64,000 nucleotides of DNA, taken from the NCBI RefSeq assembly GCF_009914755.1, contig NC_060938.1; one strand, given 5' to 3'. The stretch is from the human T2T-CHM13v2.0 reference genome, Homo sapiens. The notes under the pieces were generated by a model. That model saw only the letters and a list, made by a program, of their open reading frames with translations. It was not told the origin of the DNA and made no database searches. Made by a program: the position numbers and the translations under genes. This document shows positions 1 to 12,540 of this stretch, piece by piece; position 1 is the first letter of the stretch, and each line of letters starts with the position of its first letter.

Positions 1-950
1 TTCAAGTGCTGTGCTGGGAGATCTGCTGCTCTCTTCAGAGCCGGCAGGCAGGAATGTTTAAGTCTGCTGAAACTGTGCCCACAGCCGCCCCTTCCCTCAG
101 CTGCTCTGTTCCAAGGAAGACAGGAGTTTTATGTATGAGCCCCTGACTGGGGCTGCTGCCTTTCTTTCAGAGATGCCCTACCCAGAGAGGAGGACTCTAG
201 AGAGGCAGTCTGGCTATAGCGGCTTTGCCGAGCTGTGGTGGACTCAGCCGAGTTCAAACTTCCCAGTGGCTTTGTTTACACTGTGAGGGGAAAACCGCCT
301 ACTCAAGCCTCAGTAATGGTGAATGCCCCTCCCCCCATCAAGCTCGAGTATCCCAGGTCAACTTCAGACTGCTGTGCAGGCAGAGAGAATTTCAAGCCAG
401 TGGATCTTAGCTTGCTGAGCTCTGTGGGGTGGGATCTGCTGAGCTAGACCACTTGGCTCCCTGGCTTTAGCCCCCTTTCCAGGGGAGTGAACTGTTCTGT
501 CTCACTGGCATTCCAGGCACCACTGGGGTATGAAAAAAAAAAACTCCTGCAGCTAGCTCGGTGACTGCCTGACCAGTTGCCCAGTTTTGTGCTTGAAACC
601 CAGGGCCCTGGTGGCATAGGCACCTGAAGGAATCTCCTGGTATACAGGTTGTGAAGACCATGGGAAAAGCATAGTATCTGGGCCAGAATGCATTGTCCCT
701 CAGGGCACATTCCCTCACGGCTTCCCTTGGCTAGGGGAGGGAGTTCCCTGACCCTTTGCACTTCCCAGGTGAGGCGATGCCCCACCCTGCTTTGGCTTGC
801 CATCTGTGGGCTACACTTACTGTCTAACCAGTCCCAATGAGATGAGCTGGTACCTCAGTTGGAAATGCAGAAATCACCCGCCTTCTCCCTTGATCTTGCT
901 GGGAGCTACAGGCTGGAGCTGTTCTTATTTGGCGATCTTGCCCACAGCTC
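1..950 (-). mobile_element. LINE-1 5' UTR (L1PA7/L1PA8-like); element continues beyond the left edge
   Basis: Ends in the reverse complement of an L1PA 5' terminus (TCAGTTGGAAATGCAGAAATCACCCG...GGAGCTGTTCTTATTTGGCGATCTTG); the upstream sequence resembles an older L1PA 5' UTR. Confidence 0.85.
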
Positions 951-2192
951 CCTTGCTTTCCTCTTTACTAGCATGTTGTCACATACAGATTTTAAGAACA
1001 CTTTTGGTAGATGTGATCCAAGAGTAACTCAGAAGAGCATCTGTGGCATCCATTCTTCCCTTTGGTAATTTTTAAGAAAAATAATGCTGCTGCTTCTCTC
1101 TTTGTAAATGGTGACGGCTTTCTCCACTACATCCTGTATTCTCTCTGCATTTTTGCCTTCTTGATAGCATTAGCAATTCTCAGAACAGATAATAACCTAG
1201 AAATCCAGGTTTGATTAGTAAGTGATATTTCTAAAAAGTGCTTGCAAACCTCCTTTTATGGACCAGGGATATTAACAGAAACTGTTTTACAGTTCTTCCT
1301 TTCCAGGGACAAAACTGATCTCATAATCTGTGACCATTATTCCAAAGTGAGAATCCATCAGGCTCTGCATGTGGCTGTGAGAATGAACTTCCTATCCAGA
1401 GTGAGATCCATTAGGGAAAGCCAGCCCCTCCATGGGGCAGATGATGTCAGGAAGTGGTGGCTGGGTATCATCATAGCCATCATTTTGCCTCGCTAAATAA
1501 GGCATCAAAAGGGGACAGAACACATCTCCCTTTGGGGGCAGTTGTCCTGGGTCCCTTATATGTGGGCAAACCCCTCTTCACTCATTCCTCTGGGACTGGG
1601 AGTGAGCGTGCTTGTGACAGCTGTCTAGATGAACCTCTAAGCCGAAAGGGTACAGACATTGTTAAATGTCACACAGCCTTGCCTTAAATGAAGACCAAAT
1701 GTTGCCTCAAACAACCTCTGTGCCTGATAGCCTGAAACCTGTGTCTCATCATTTTTTAAAGAGTCTACATAGGCCTAGAACAGAAAATGGAGCTTTTCCT
1801 ATTTTTCAGCAAGACTTTAAAAGCATCCCTATGACAAGGATGGAAAAGAAAAAGCTGACTGCTTCTCCGTGCTTGTAAGAAGGTAAACTCTGTAGGGGAG
1901 ACATGGCATGTTTTGTTCAGCTGGCACATGTCAGTATGACTACGACAATTGGTAAAATGCTGAAATACTTCCAGACCAATTAACACTCACTGTGCTGAGC
2001 AAGGCCCCAGAAATCGCCAACCACTAACAGAGAGGGTAGTGACTGGCCCACTGGGGGCCGGCGGGACCTGTTCCAGCCCCTTGACTTATATCTGTTCTGG
2101 TTGGCTGTTGCTGGAACCCTCGTAACTATTGATATTCTGCAGACCGTCCCTATTGCAGCCCAAGCATCTGAAGCTGTGCCTGGCAGAGGCCC

Positions 2193-2866
<674 letters not shown>

Positions 2867-3859
2867 GAACCCCCCCATATATATTTGCTGAGTGAGTGGA
2901 TAAGGACACCCATATATTCCAGCCACCTTTTGGTAGGTGGTTTATAGGGGTAGGCACAGGCCCTGACTAAAGAACTGGCTGTTTTGCCAAGGAAGGGACC
3001 TGAGCTGAGAAGACTCATTTACTCTCGAAGACTTAAGACAACATCTCTCTTGGACCAGAGAATGCTGGTGAGTAGCCCAGGGACAAATCACCCCAGTGGG
3101 TGCTGGGCTCTGCCGATACTTGGTCTTGAGGCAGCTGGGCAGCACTCATGGGACTCCAAGTTGCCCCCACCCACATCCCCAAGCTGAGAGGCAGGACTGA
3201 CAGTGCGCTCATAACTGCCAACAAACTGATATTAAAATCCCATCCGATTAGTTAAAGCTCACCCTGTGAGCTCTGATATTTTTCAGGAAATAGGAAGGAT
3301 GTCTGCCCCCCTGCACACACCCCCCCTGCCCTTTTCTCTTAGTTTTCTTTTTTAATAACACATTCAGAAGTGGTTTAATGGCTGTTGAAGGAAATTATTG
3401 CCACAGCAATCAGGGCTCTCTGTGTGAAACACCTTCAATAGTCCGTGGCCTCCCTCATGAGGCAGGGGGACATTTGGATATTTAAAATGCCACTGAGCTA
3501 CATCTGCCGGCAAGCAGCCACTAATCATCTCTTAAGGCAGCAGGGGACCTACCCCAGGTCCTCAACTCACCAATACCTTCCTTAGGCGTGTTGCAGCCAG
3601 ATGGTGGTTTCCTAGGCAAGGACAGCAGAGAACGAGGAATAAAGAAGTAGAAAAGGATCTGGCAAGAGGCCAGCACAGAGCGAACCATTTGCTCATCCTC
3701 TCTGCTCCAGGTGAGAACAGACCTGCATGGCTCACATTCGTGAGGTCCAATTTTCAGTTAAGTGGTGCCTCAGAGGAAGCATGTGACCTTACTTGCAGTT
3801 ACATCCAAAGACTATACATTTTTTTAAGTGCTCCTGTAAGTTGAGCAGCTTCTATATGC

Positions 3860-4400
3860 TGGGTTGGGAGGATGCAGTCATTGGCCTTCCTGGATTCTCC
3901 TTCCTGCTTCTCTATCCTCTTCTGAGCCTGGGACGCTGGCCTGCCTGGAAGGCCCCCTTATCCTCTGCCTTCCACTGGAGTTTGGCCAGCGGGAAGAAGC
4001 AGCCGGAGTTAGAAGGGTGGGAAGAGAGTAAAGTCAGGATGTTTATTCTCCAGTTCACACCCTGTAGAGATACCACCAGGGGTTGGCAGTGTACGTCCTG
4101 GCATCAACCTCCAATCCTATTGGACGATCCTCCCCGTCATGCTACTTATATGTAGCAAGCATTCTGGATTCTGACAACTGTTTTCTCCTTTGCCCTTCAG
4201 GCTAACAGCTATAACAGCTACCCCCACTCCCCCGCCCATACACACCATTGCCAGCCAGGTACTATGCTATGTCTTGTGAGTCTCCCCATCCTTGCTGCGC
4301 CTTTGTACGTGGTCTCCTAATTTCTCTCTCCTCCAATCACCCAGTTTGAATGTGCCATCTGTTCCTTGCTGGGCCCTGGCTGCCACCCAGCTGCATGCGG
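3860..4400 (-). mobile_element. Old ERVL LTR (LTR33-like)
   Basis: CTTCCACTGGAGTTTGGCCAGCGGGAAG...GGGTGGGAAGAGAGTAAAGTCAGGATGTTTATTCTCC resembles LTR33; boundaries approximate. Confidence 0.55.
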
Positions 4401-5517
4401 GTCTTTCTGTACCTTCTTGGAGACCTTCATACCACTCCTGCAATGTCATCATAACAGTCTCCCTTTACAGAGAAGACACCACGTGACTTGCCCAAAGGCA
4501 CTCAGCTCAGCTGGAATTTGTGACTCTAGGCATCAGAAGCATGTCAGTCTAATTTCCAAGTGTAGGCCCTGCTCCCTGCCCCCCTAGGATCTCTTAGACC
4601 TCACAGGGGTCCCCATATCCTTATTTCAATCTTCTCTCAGCACCAGCTGTTTTATGAACTAAACTTTGCTTACCAGCCTTTGGATCAAAGCACTTCGACA
4701 CCTTTGATTTCCTTTGAGCCTTGGAACATGAATTTACTTGGATCCAAATCATTCCCAACATACCAAGAACCTACAGATGAAAAGGAATCCAGCAAGGGAC
4801 CCGTTGGCAGAGGATCGGTGGCCTTGTGTCATCCTTCAGTGTATGGCACACCATGGGCACCCAGGAATGTCCTGGGGAGGCGTGGCATTGTCCCAGCAAG
4901 TAGAACCAACATGTGTACAGCTTGGGCTATAGCAGGGGTCATTCTGCCTGGTTCAAAAGTCCACTCTTCCTTTTAATACATGGCATGACCCATTTATATT
5001 AGGGTAAAGCATACCTCCTGGAGAAAGCAATCTTAAGATACAGTGAAGAATATGGTTTTTCATTTCTTTTTCTCAGATGTAAGCATCTGATTTGAACATT
5101 CCAGGTTGGCAGATCACTATGCCCCATGTGGCCATCAGGAACCCTTTCAGCTTGTCTCTGCATGTCCAGGAGCAGTGCTGCTTAAGTGTGGATTATAGGC
5201 AAGTACTAGTCCATCAAACTTCTTGGTAAAAGTCCACCATGAATTGAGTCGCGACATGGATAACACACTTTCAGAAACTTTTACCTCGATTTGACATTGC
5301 CATGACATCCAGGCACATGACCAATGGACTCGTCTCATTGAACAAGTTGTAGACCAAAAGTTGGTCCATGATAGATGGGAATTGGAGTTGGGTGGAAATC
5401 ACATTCTTCAACACAGGTAGTTTCAGGAGTCCTGCTTTAGAGTCTACTATTCTATCTGGTAATTTCTGTAGCCAGCAAGAAAGAGAAAAAGAGCATGGAA
5501 GAACCACACTCTGTGTC

Positions 5518-5553
<36 letters not shown>
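5518..5553 (+). repeat. (TTG)n microsatellite at the position of the retrocopy poly(A) tail
   Basis: About 12 TTG units lie between the MPPE1 3' UTR and the TSD. Confidence 0.95.
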
Positions 5554-7122
5554 AGAGTAGCTGTTCCATTTTTATAGCATGAGAACAGTACAATCTACTA
5601 CTTGTTCTGCAGTAACTCGTTTCAGTGATTGAGAATTTCTGTGATATGCAGAGATGGCCTATATTTGGTCTCATTATCCACTTGAGTCTAACATGATCTC
5701 TGCCCAAAGTTCCATTTCTTGGGCTTTGATATTTATTACTAAGTGCATATGTTGCTTGCTTTTCACCTTGTCTTATGCTTTCTGAGCAGGTTCAAACCTC
5801 AGAAAGAAAAGGTGAGGCTAAAAGCTCAAAGTGAGTAAGTGTCAGAACCACAAGGAAGCCCACCACTCCACAGTAGATGATCAAGACCACGTCCTCAGGT
5901 GGTAGGTGGCACTTGGAGAGGGCATAGTCTGTGGGTGTGATGCTACCCATAATGAAACTGGGGTTGTTTCTGTTCCTCCAACTGAAAGATGAGAGGCTGA
6001 GCTCGGGGATTCATCCCCCGTGGTGCACCTCGCAGGTGCTGTGCGTGTGGCCGCTGAGGACCAGGTGTGGCTGGAGTCAACACAGCAGCTTTTGCGATGC
6101 CTCCCGAGAAAGCACATCATAATTCTCCTTAATGGGGTGTTCTTTTCCTCCGGAGGAGCAACATCTTCCCCAGAACAGTTAGTGTCGCTTCTCCAATACA
6201 GAGGATAACGCTCTTGGGAGCAGTTCAGTCTGTAAGAAACTTCAGTGAGCTCTGCTTCTGCTTCAGAACAGATGCCACAGCTGTCCCCCTTCAGTGCCAT
6301 GCTGTTGACCATCATGAAGTTAATCCTTTCCAAGAAAACAGGCTTTCAGAGATGAACACTTTCTCAAACCGTTCTACTTCGTATGTGTTCGTCTCATAGT
6401 GGAAGCCAGTGTCATGGTTTCCAGCAACTACCTTCAGCTGCACATGACTTGGGTGTCTGAACATTTTCCGAAACTGCTCCACATCATCCACCCAGGCCTC
6501 AGAGGTGCTCCACTTCCCTTCATCAAAGACATCCTCCAGGATGAAGACGACTTCCGGCTGCAGCAACCACAGAGCTGTCTGGAAGGCTCTCTCCACCTGC
6601 CATTCCCTTCGTAATTTGTCCAGCCAGTGACCTAGGAATTCCCTAAGCAAGTGGGTGTCAGCCAAAAACATGGCTTTGAGCACAGGCTCACACGTGGCCT
6701 GTTCACCATCATAGGCTGCGGTTTTCGCTTCAGGCCAATTACACCAAAAGATCACTAAGTAATAGATTAAAAATTCACAAAACAGAAGCACAGAGAAGAC
6801 AATGAATTTCAACAGCAATCAACTCTTCCTCTTCAACGGATGAAAACTCTGTCTTCCAAACCTCAATCCACTCATAGCCATTTCTCAAGCAACTAACAAA
6901 TCCATCAAGGGTTCACCATGAGAAAACTGCAGAGCCCTGGGTAGGGTGATGGCATTCAGATCTTAGCTGGGTACCTGTAATTTTTCAGGAAAATCACCGA
7001 TTCACCTCACCTTTTAAAGAGAGAGAGATTGGTATGAAAGTAGTTAACTTCTGCTCCCCCAAGTCAGAATGCGTTTGTAACAGCCACGCTTTCCCGCCCT
7101 GTGAGCAACGCCAGGCAGGTGG

Positions 7123-8502
7123 TGAGAGGTGACAGCGTGCTGGCAGTCCCCACAGCCCTCGCTCGCTCTCGGCGCCTCCTCTGCCTGGGCTCCCACTTTG
7201 GCGGCACTTGAGGAGCCCTTCAGCCCACCGCTGCACTGTGGGAGCCCCTTTCTGGGCTGGGCAAGGCCGGAGCCCACTCCCTCAGCTTGCAGGGAGGTGT
7301 GGAGGGAGAGGCGCGAGCGGGAACCGGGGCTGCGTGCGGCGCTTGCGAGCCAGCTGGAGTTCCGGGTGGGCGTGGGCTTGGCGGGCCCCGCACTCGGAAC
7401 AGCCGGCCGGCCCTGCCGGCCCCGGGCAATGAGGGACTTAGCACCCGGGCCAGCGGCTGCGGAGGGTGTACTGGGTCTCCCAGCAGTGCCAGCCCACCGG
7501 CGCTGCGCTCGATTTCTCACCGGGCCTTAGCTGCCTTCCCGCAGGGCAGGGCTCGGGACCTGCAGCCCACCTTGCCTGAGCCTCCCACCCCCTCCATGGA
7601 CTCCTGTGCGGCCGGAGCCTCCCCAGCGAGTGCCACTCCCTGCTCCACGGCGCCCAGTCCCATTGACCATCCAAGGGCTGAGGAGTGCGAGCGCACAGCA
7701 CGGGACTGGCAGGCAGCTCCACCTGCAGCCCCCGTGCAGAATCCACTGGGTGAAGCCAGCTGGGCTCCTGAGTCTGGTGGGGACGTGGAGAACCTTTATG
7801 TCTAGCTCAGGGATTGTAAATACACCAATTGGCACTCTGTATCTAGCTCAAGGTTTGTAAACACATCAATCAGCACCCTGTGTCTAGCTCAGGGTTTATG
7901 AATGCACCAGTGGACACTCTGTATCTAGCAGCTCTAGTGGGGCCTTGGAGAACCTTTATGTCTAGCTCAGGGATTGTAAATGCACCGATCAGCGCCCTGT
8001 CAAAACAGACCACTGGGCTCTACCAATCAGCAGGACGTGGGTGGGGCCAGATAAGAGAATAAAAGCAGGCTGCCCGAGCCAGCAGTGGCAACCTGCTCGG
8101 GTCCCCTTGCACACTGTGGAAGCTTTGTTCTGTTGCTCTTTGCAATAAATCTTGCTACTGCTCACTCTTTGGGTCCACATTGCTTTTATGAGCTGTAACA
8201 CTCACCGCGAAGGTCTGCAGCTTCACTCCTGAAGCCAGCGAGACCACGAGCCCAAAGGGAGGAACGAACAACTCCAGACGCTCCACTTTAAGAGCTGTAA
8301 CACTCACCGTGAAGGTCTGTAGCTTCACTCGTGAGCTGGCGAGACCATGAACCCACCAGAAGGAAGAAACTCCGAAAACATCCGAACATCAGAAGGAACA
8401 AACTCCAGACGCGCCACCTTAAGAGCTGTAACACTTACCGGGAGGATCCGCGGCTTCATTCTTGAAGTCAGTGAGACCAAGAACCCACCAATTCCAGACA
8501 CA
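7123..8502 (+). mobile_element. LTR12C (HERV9) solo LTR
   Basis: Starts TGAGAGGTGACAGCGTGCTGGCAG and ends CCAATTCCAGACACA; 4-bp TSD GTGG (7119-7122, 8503-8506); CpG-rich U3 with ~41-bp TCTAGCT enhancer repeats at ~7790-8000. Confidence 0.97.
8020..8100 (+). promoter_or_regulatory. LTR12C core promoter
   Basis: CCAAT 8023-8027, AGATAAG 8049-8055 and TATA-like AATAAAA 8058-8064 in the usual ERV9 arrangement; LTR poly(A) signal AATAAA at 8144-8149. Confidence 0.7.
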
Positions 8503-9129
8503 GTGGGGCGCACTGGGCATGGTACAGGAGCCCTTTCACCTGCGCCTGCCGACGGTTGCAGCAGCCGAGGGGCCCGGGCACTGCAGCCTGAGCCCGGCCG
8601 TGCACCCACCACACTCTGTGTCTTAAGATGTCATCTTGGGGATGGTTCATCCTCCTCTCACCATATGCAAGTGAGAGCTTTTCAATATGGCCCCTGCCCC
8701 TAACACAAGGAACGTTGGGAAACCTGGTCCTCCACTGTTCAGCGTGCATCCGCCACTGAACCCTCACCATGGACGATGAGAAGAATGGATTTTGGTGAAT
8801 GACTACTATTTTTTTTTAATCACGTCACCCTTCCTTATCACCCATTCTTGAATACAGCCCACTCAAAATGAAAGCCACCATTTCTACCAAAAACAGTGAT
8901 CAGCAGTCTTTCCTGTACACTCTCAACTCTCAGTTGGAACACACAGGAGTAGGAAAATGCTGGACCAGCATCCAAGACCTGCTTACTATTCCTACCTCTG
9001 TAGCAAAATGACTCTGTGACCTGGAGGACACTGTTTTATCTCTGTGCTTCAGTTTCCTCCCTTGACAATCAGGGATCATAATATTTATCAAGTAAAATCA
9101 TTGTTGGCCATGTACACCATACGTTAATA

Positions 9130-9340
9130 GTGATAGCTAACATTTATTGAGTGTTTGCTATGTGCCAGGTGCTGTTCTAAGTATGTTGCATGTATTAATC
9201 CATTTAACCTTCACACCAACACTATAAGAAGGGTTCTATTATTGTCTTCATTCTACAGCTGAAAAAAAGTGAGGTACAGAGCAAGTAAGGAACTCACCCA
9301 GGGTCACCAGAGTCCAAGTTCATAATCACTGCCATCCTGC
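9130..9340 (-). mobile_element. MIR SINE (further MIR fragments at ~8950-9090 and ~9640-9750)
   Basis: ATAGCTAACATTTATTGAGTGTTTGCTATGTGCCAGG...CATTCTACAGCTGAA MIR core. Confidence 0.8.
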
Positions 9341-10536
9341 TTCCTTAATAGAGAGGTAAAGGGTTTTCAGAGTATTTTATCCTGTTTTCCTTGAATTTCC
9401 TGAACTTCCACTTTAGTTTATGGGCCATCTGGTCTGTCTCGCTGTGAGATGAAGAATTCTTTCTAGGAAGGGACCATTGATTTTCCGTCCTCATACCCCC
9501 AACCACAACCTATCCAACCTGGTGCTTTCATGTAAGAGTTTAGTGAATGTGTGTGGATGAATCTCGGTAAATACAGCAATGCAATTTTTATTGAATTCAT
9601 GATGCCATCATGGAAATGGCATAAATTTGCCATCACCACACCTGGATTCAATCCCGCTTCTCCTGGATCCTAGCTGTGCTAGACTGGGCAAATTACTTAT
9701 CCACCTAACCTCATGAAGCATTCTTTTTCTCCCCATTAAAATGGATGTAATATAGAGAAAAAGTTTAGTTCTTAAAGCCCAGGTTTCCTGTGGCAACTTC
9801 TGCCACTTATGGAATCATTCATAACACTGAGGAATACATCACTAATGCACACCTTCCCCAGCAGAGATTGGTGTGGCTGGAACAAGGGAAGGACCAAAGT
9901 GCAAAGCCATGCTGGCTCCTCTGTGCTGTTCAAAAGAGGGACTTGGAGAGAATGTGCCCCTGATGAGCAGACATGCTAATGAGCTTCCAGGTAAGCCTAG
10001 AGGTGAGTAGGGCTGGAGAACTCACATTTTTATTCTGCAAAAGTGACTAGGAATCAAATGGGAGAGAGGAGATGAAAAGATGGGAAAGAAAGGGGACCCA
10101 GAAAAATGCAGGGTGAGAGCTTAGCTGGGAGGAGAAAGGCCACACAGGTGAGAGTCCTCTTGTTGGAAATGGCCTACTAAATGCCAACAGAGGGATGCAT
10201 GATGTTCAGTTTCTTTTCTTGCTTTATGGTGAAGCATCCCCATTCAACATTCTAAACCTTAAGTATAGTCTTCTACATACAAATGCTTTGAGTTAATAAT
10301 ATGTGTTGTGTGGTGGTGGGGTAGGGGAGGGGGCACTCCATATCTGGGTGATATGATCAGAAACGGACTGCAACATGGTAGGAACAGCAAGAGAATTTGC
10401 AAGAAGTCAGAGGAGCTTGAAGCCAGAGATCAGTGGGAAAACATAAGCTCCCACCCCCCACATGTCTCCTGAGAGATTAGAGGAAACGTGGCTGGCTGTG
10501 ATAGCACACACAGCAGCATTGGAATCAACTTAATTT

Positions 10537-10829
10537 GTTTGTTTGTTTGTTTGTTTGTTTGTTTTTGAGACAGAGTCTCGCTCTGTCACCCAGGCTGGAG
10601 TGCAGTGGCATGATTTCAGCTCACTGCAACCTTCGCCTCCCAAGTTTGTGTGATTCTCGTGTCTCAGCCACCGAGTAGCTGGGATTACACGCACGCACCA
10701 CCATGCCTGGCTAATTTTTGTATTTTTGGTAGAGACGGGGTTTCACCATGTTGGCCAGGCTGGTCATGAATTCCTTACCTCAAGTGATCTGCCCACCTAA
10801 GCCTCCCAAAGTGCTGGGATTACAGGCCT
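10537..10829 (-). mobile_element. AluS (Sx/Sz-like), slightly 5'-truncated, with (TTTG)n tail
   Basis: Alu body; TSD GAATCAA(C/T)TTAATTT at 10522 and 10830. Confidence 0.9.
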
Positions 10830-11409
10830 GAATCAATTTAATTTAAATCTCCAAGGGCAGGGGACCTCTGCTGGCATCTAGGCTACAAAGGTATACTAAT
10901 ATCCAAGAGTCATTTCTAAAAATGTAAGCAGCCTGTATGGCATGGCCACCAACGTAAGAATGAGATGCCAGCCTATATACCATCATGGTAATGTGATAAA
11001 CATCAGCGCTGCCAATACCTACCTCCTAGAGCTGCAAAAATTGTAAAAATACAATGACATACATAAAAACTCAACAATGTAAAATCCAGCACATATAGGT
11101 CCTAAATAAACACCAGTACTCTCTCTTCTTCAGGTAGGAAAGGGCCAACAGGATCCAAAGATCTGGGGGAGATGGAGTGGGAGACAGAAAAATGGAATTT
11201 GGGAAGGAGTTCAGAGTTCTGCCATCCTCCATCCCTGCCAACCCAGGTGCATTTTAGAGGCAGAGGGAAAGGGAGGACCCCCCCCCTCCTAAGGGGAGAC
11301 AAGAGCCAGCCTGGGCCTCCAGCATGACACAGAGAGCAAACGGATGCTGGGGTGGTATGCTCCACCTGTGAACTTAGTGTCAAGAGGTGGGACTTCTGAG
11401 GTCTAAAGA

Positions 11410-11700
11410 TTTATTTAGAAAAAAATCCAAAATAGTTTAGGCAAAAAGGAGGATTTACAGACTCCCAGAAATTGAAAATGCCAAGGGATGTAAAGTTTTC
11501 AGGCTCAGTAGGATTCAGGAGGTCAAACCACAACACACATACCTTGGCTCCTCTGTCCTCTATTTTGACTTTATCCTCAGGTTCCATGTGGTGACAAAAT
11601 GGCTGCCCATCACCCAGCCCATATCTCTCATGGTTCATGTCACTGGCCCATCCCTGAACCATCACTGTGGCCAAGGAAACTAAATACACTGGTTAACCTT
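11410..11700 (-). mobile_element. Old MaLR LTR fragment (MLT1K/L-like)
   Basis: TTAGGCAAAAAGGAGGATTTA...TTCAGGCTCAGTAGGATTCAGG...AAATGGCTGCC pattern. Confidence 0.5.
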
Positions 11701-11739
11701 GGCCATTGTCTTGTGCTTACATGCTCTCTGGCTTCATGT

Positions 11740-12540
11740 CATCCTATTCTCCCTCTCGCCTACTCTGTCTCAGCTACATGGGCCTCCTTCTTGTTCCTCA
11801 AACAGCCCAGGCATGCTTCACTTCAGGGCCTTGGCCCTTGCTCTTCCCTCTGCCCAGAGCATCTTCCCTCAGAGGTCTGTGTGGCTCCTTCCCATTTCTC
11901 CTTTGGATCTCTGCACAAATGTCACCTTCCCAACGAGGACCCCTGGATTTGAACTCACACTGATACCACCTGCTGCACACACTCACATATTCCCTATTCC
12001 TGTCTCCTGTCTTATTTTTCTCTAGAGCAGATTCCATCATCAGACTGTAACTAAACAAATAAGTAAAATAGGCAGTGTGTTAGTCTCCCTCCACCCCACA
12101 CTGGTAGAAAATAAATTCCATGAGGCCAAGGACTTTTGTCTATCTTGTTCACCACTCTATTCCCAGAACCTAGAATAATGCCTGGCACAGGCTGGGAGTG
12201 GTGGTGCACACGTGTAATCCCAACACATTTGAGAGGCCAAGGTAGCAGGATTCCTTGAGCCCAGGAGTTTGAGACCAGCTTAGGCAACATAGCAAGACCC
12301 TGTGTCTACAAAAAATAATAATAAAAGATTAGCGAGGCATGATGGTTTGTGCCTGTAGTCCCAGCTATTCAGGAGGCTGAAGTAGAAGGATCGCTTGAGC
12401 CCAGGAGGTCAAGTTTGCAGTAAGCTATGTTCACACCACCGCACTCCAGCCTGGGAGACAGAGCAAGACCCTGTCTCAAAACAATAATAATGTCTGGAAC
12501 ATAGAAGGTTATCAATAAATTGTTTAATAAATAAATAATA
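11740..12540 (+). mobile_element. L2 3' end split by AluJ
   Basis: CTTGTTCCTCAAACA...TTGTTCACCACTCTATTCCCAGAACCTAGAATAATGCCTGGCAC...CAATAAAT L2 terminus. Confidence 0.8.
12190..12486 (+). mobile_element. AluJ
   Basis: TTGAGCCCAGGAG and CAACATAGCAAGACCC J-type features; TSD AATAATG(C/T)CTGG(C/A)ACA. Confidence 0.9.

Larger units (their letters stand above)
5519..8607 (-). pseudogene. MPPE1P1: Processed pseudogene of MPPE1 (metallophosphoesterase 1/PGAP5), full length with both UTRs, interrupted by LTR12C
   Basis: Intronless CDS remnant from ATG 6881 (MAMSGLRFGRQSFHPLKRKS*LLLKF) to TGA 5763. Motifs ADTH, GNHD and GHTH are present. Premature stop at 6821-6819, frameshifts near 6322 and 6130, second stop near 6078. 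16-bp TSD ACCACACTCTGTGTCT at 5503-5518 and 8608-8623 with an L1 endonuclease-like TT/AAGA site. The pseudogene symbol is from memory. Confidence 0.95.

Noticed and set aside
5140-5470. Coding-like texture next to the pseudogene
   Set aside because: Outside the TSD; no recognisable protein or repeat match by eye
5368-5707. Poly-Cys / poly-Asn ORFs
   Set aside because: Translations of the (TTG)n microsatellite
6312-6818. 168-aa MPPE1-like ORF as a functional retrogene
   Set aside because: Starts at TTG after a premature stop, has a GD-to-ED change in a metal-binding motif, and ends at a frameshift
7044-7860. Several overlapping 100-172 aa ORFs on both strands
   Set aside because: All lie in the GC-rich U3 of LTR12C; stop-poor by composition and unlike any protein I recognise
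7787-8460. Regularly spaced short repeats superficially like a CRISPR array
   Set aside because: Known LTR12 U3 and U5 tandem repeats without unique spacers, in eukaryotic DNA
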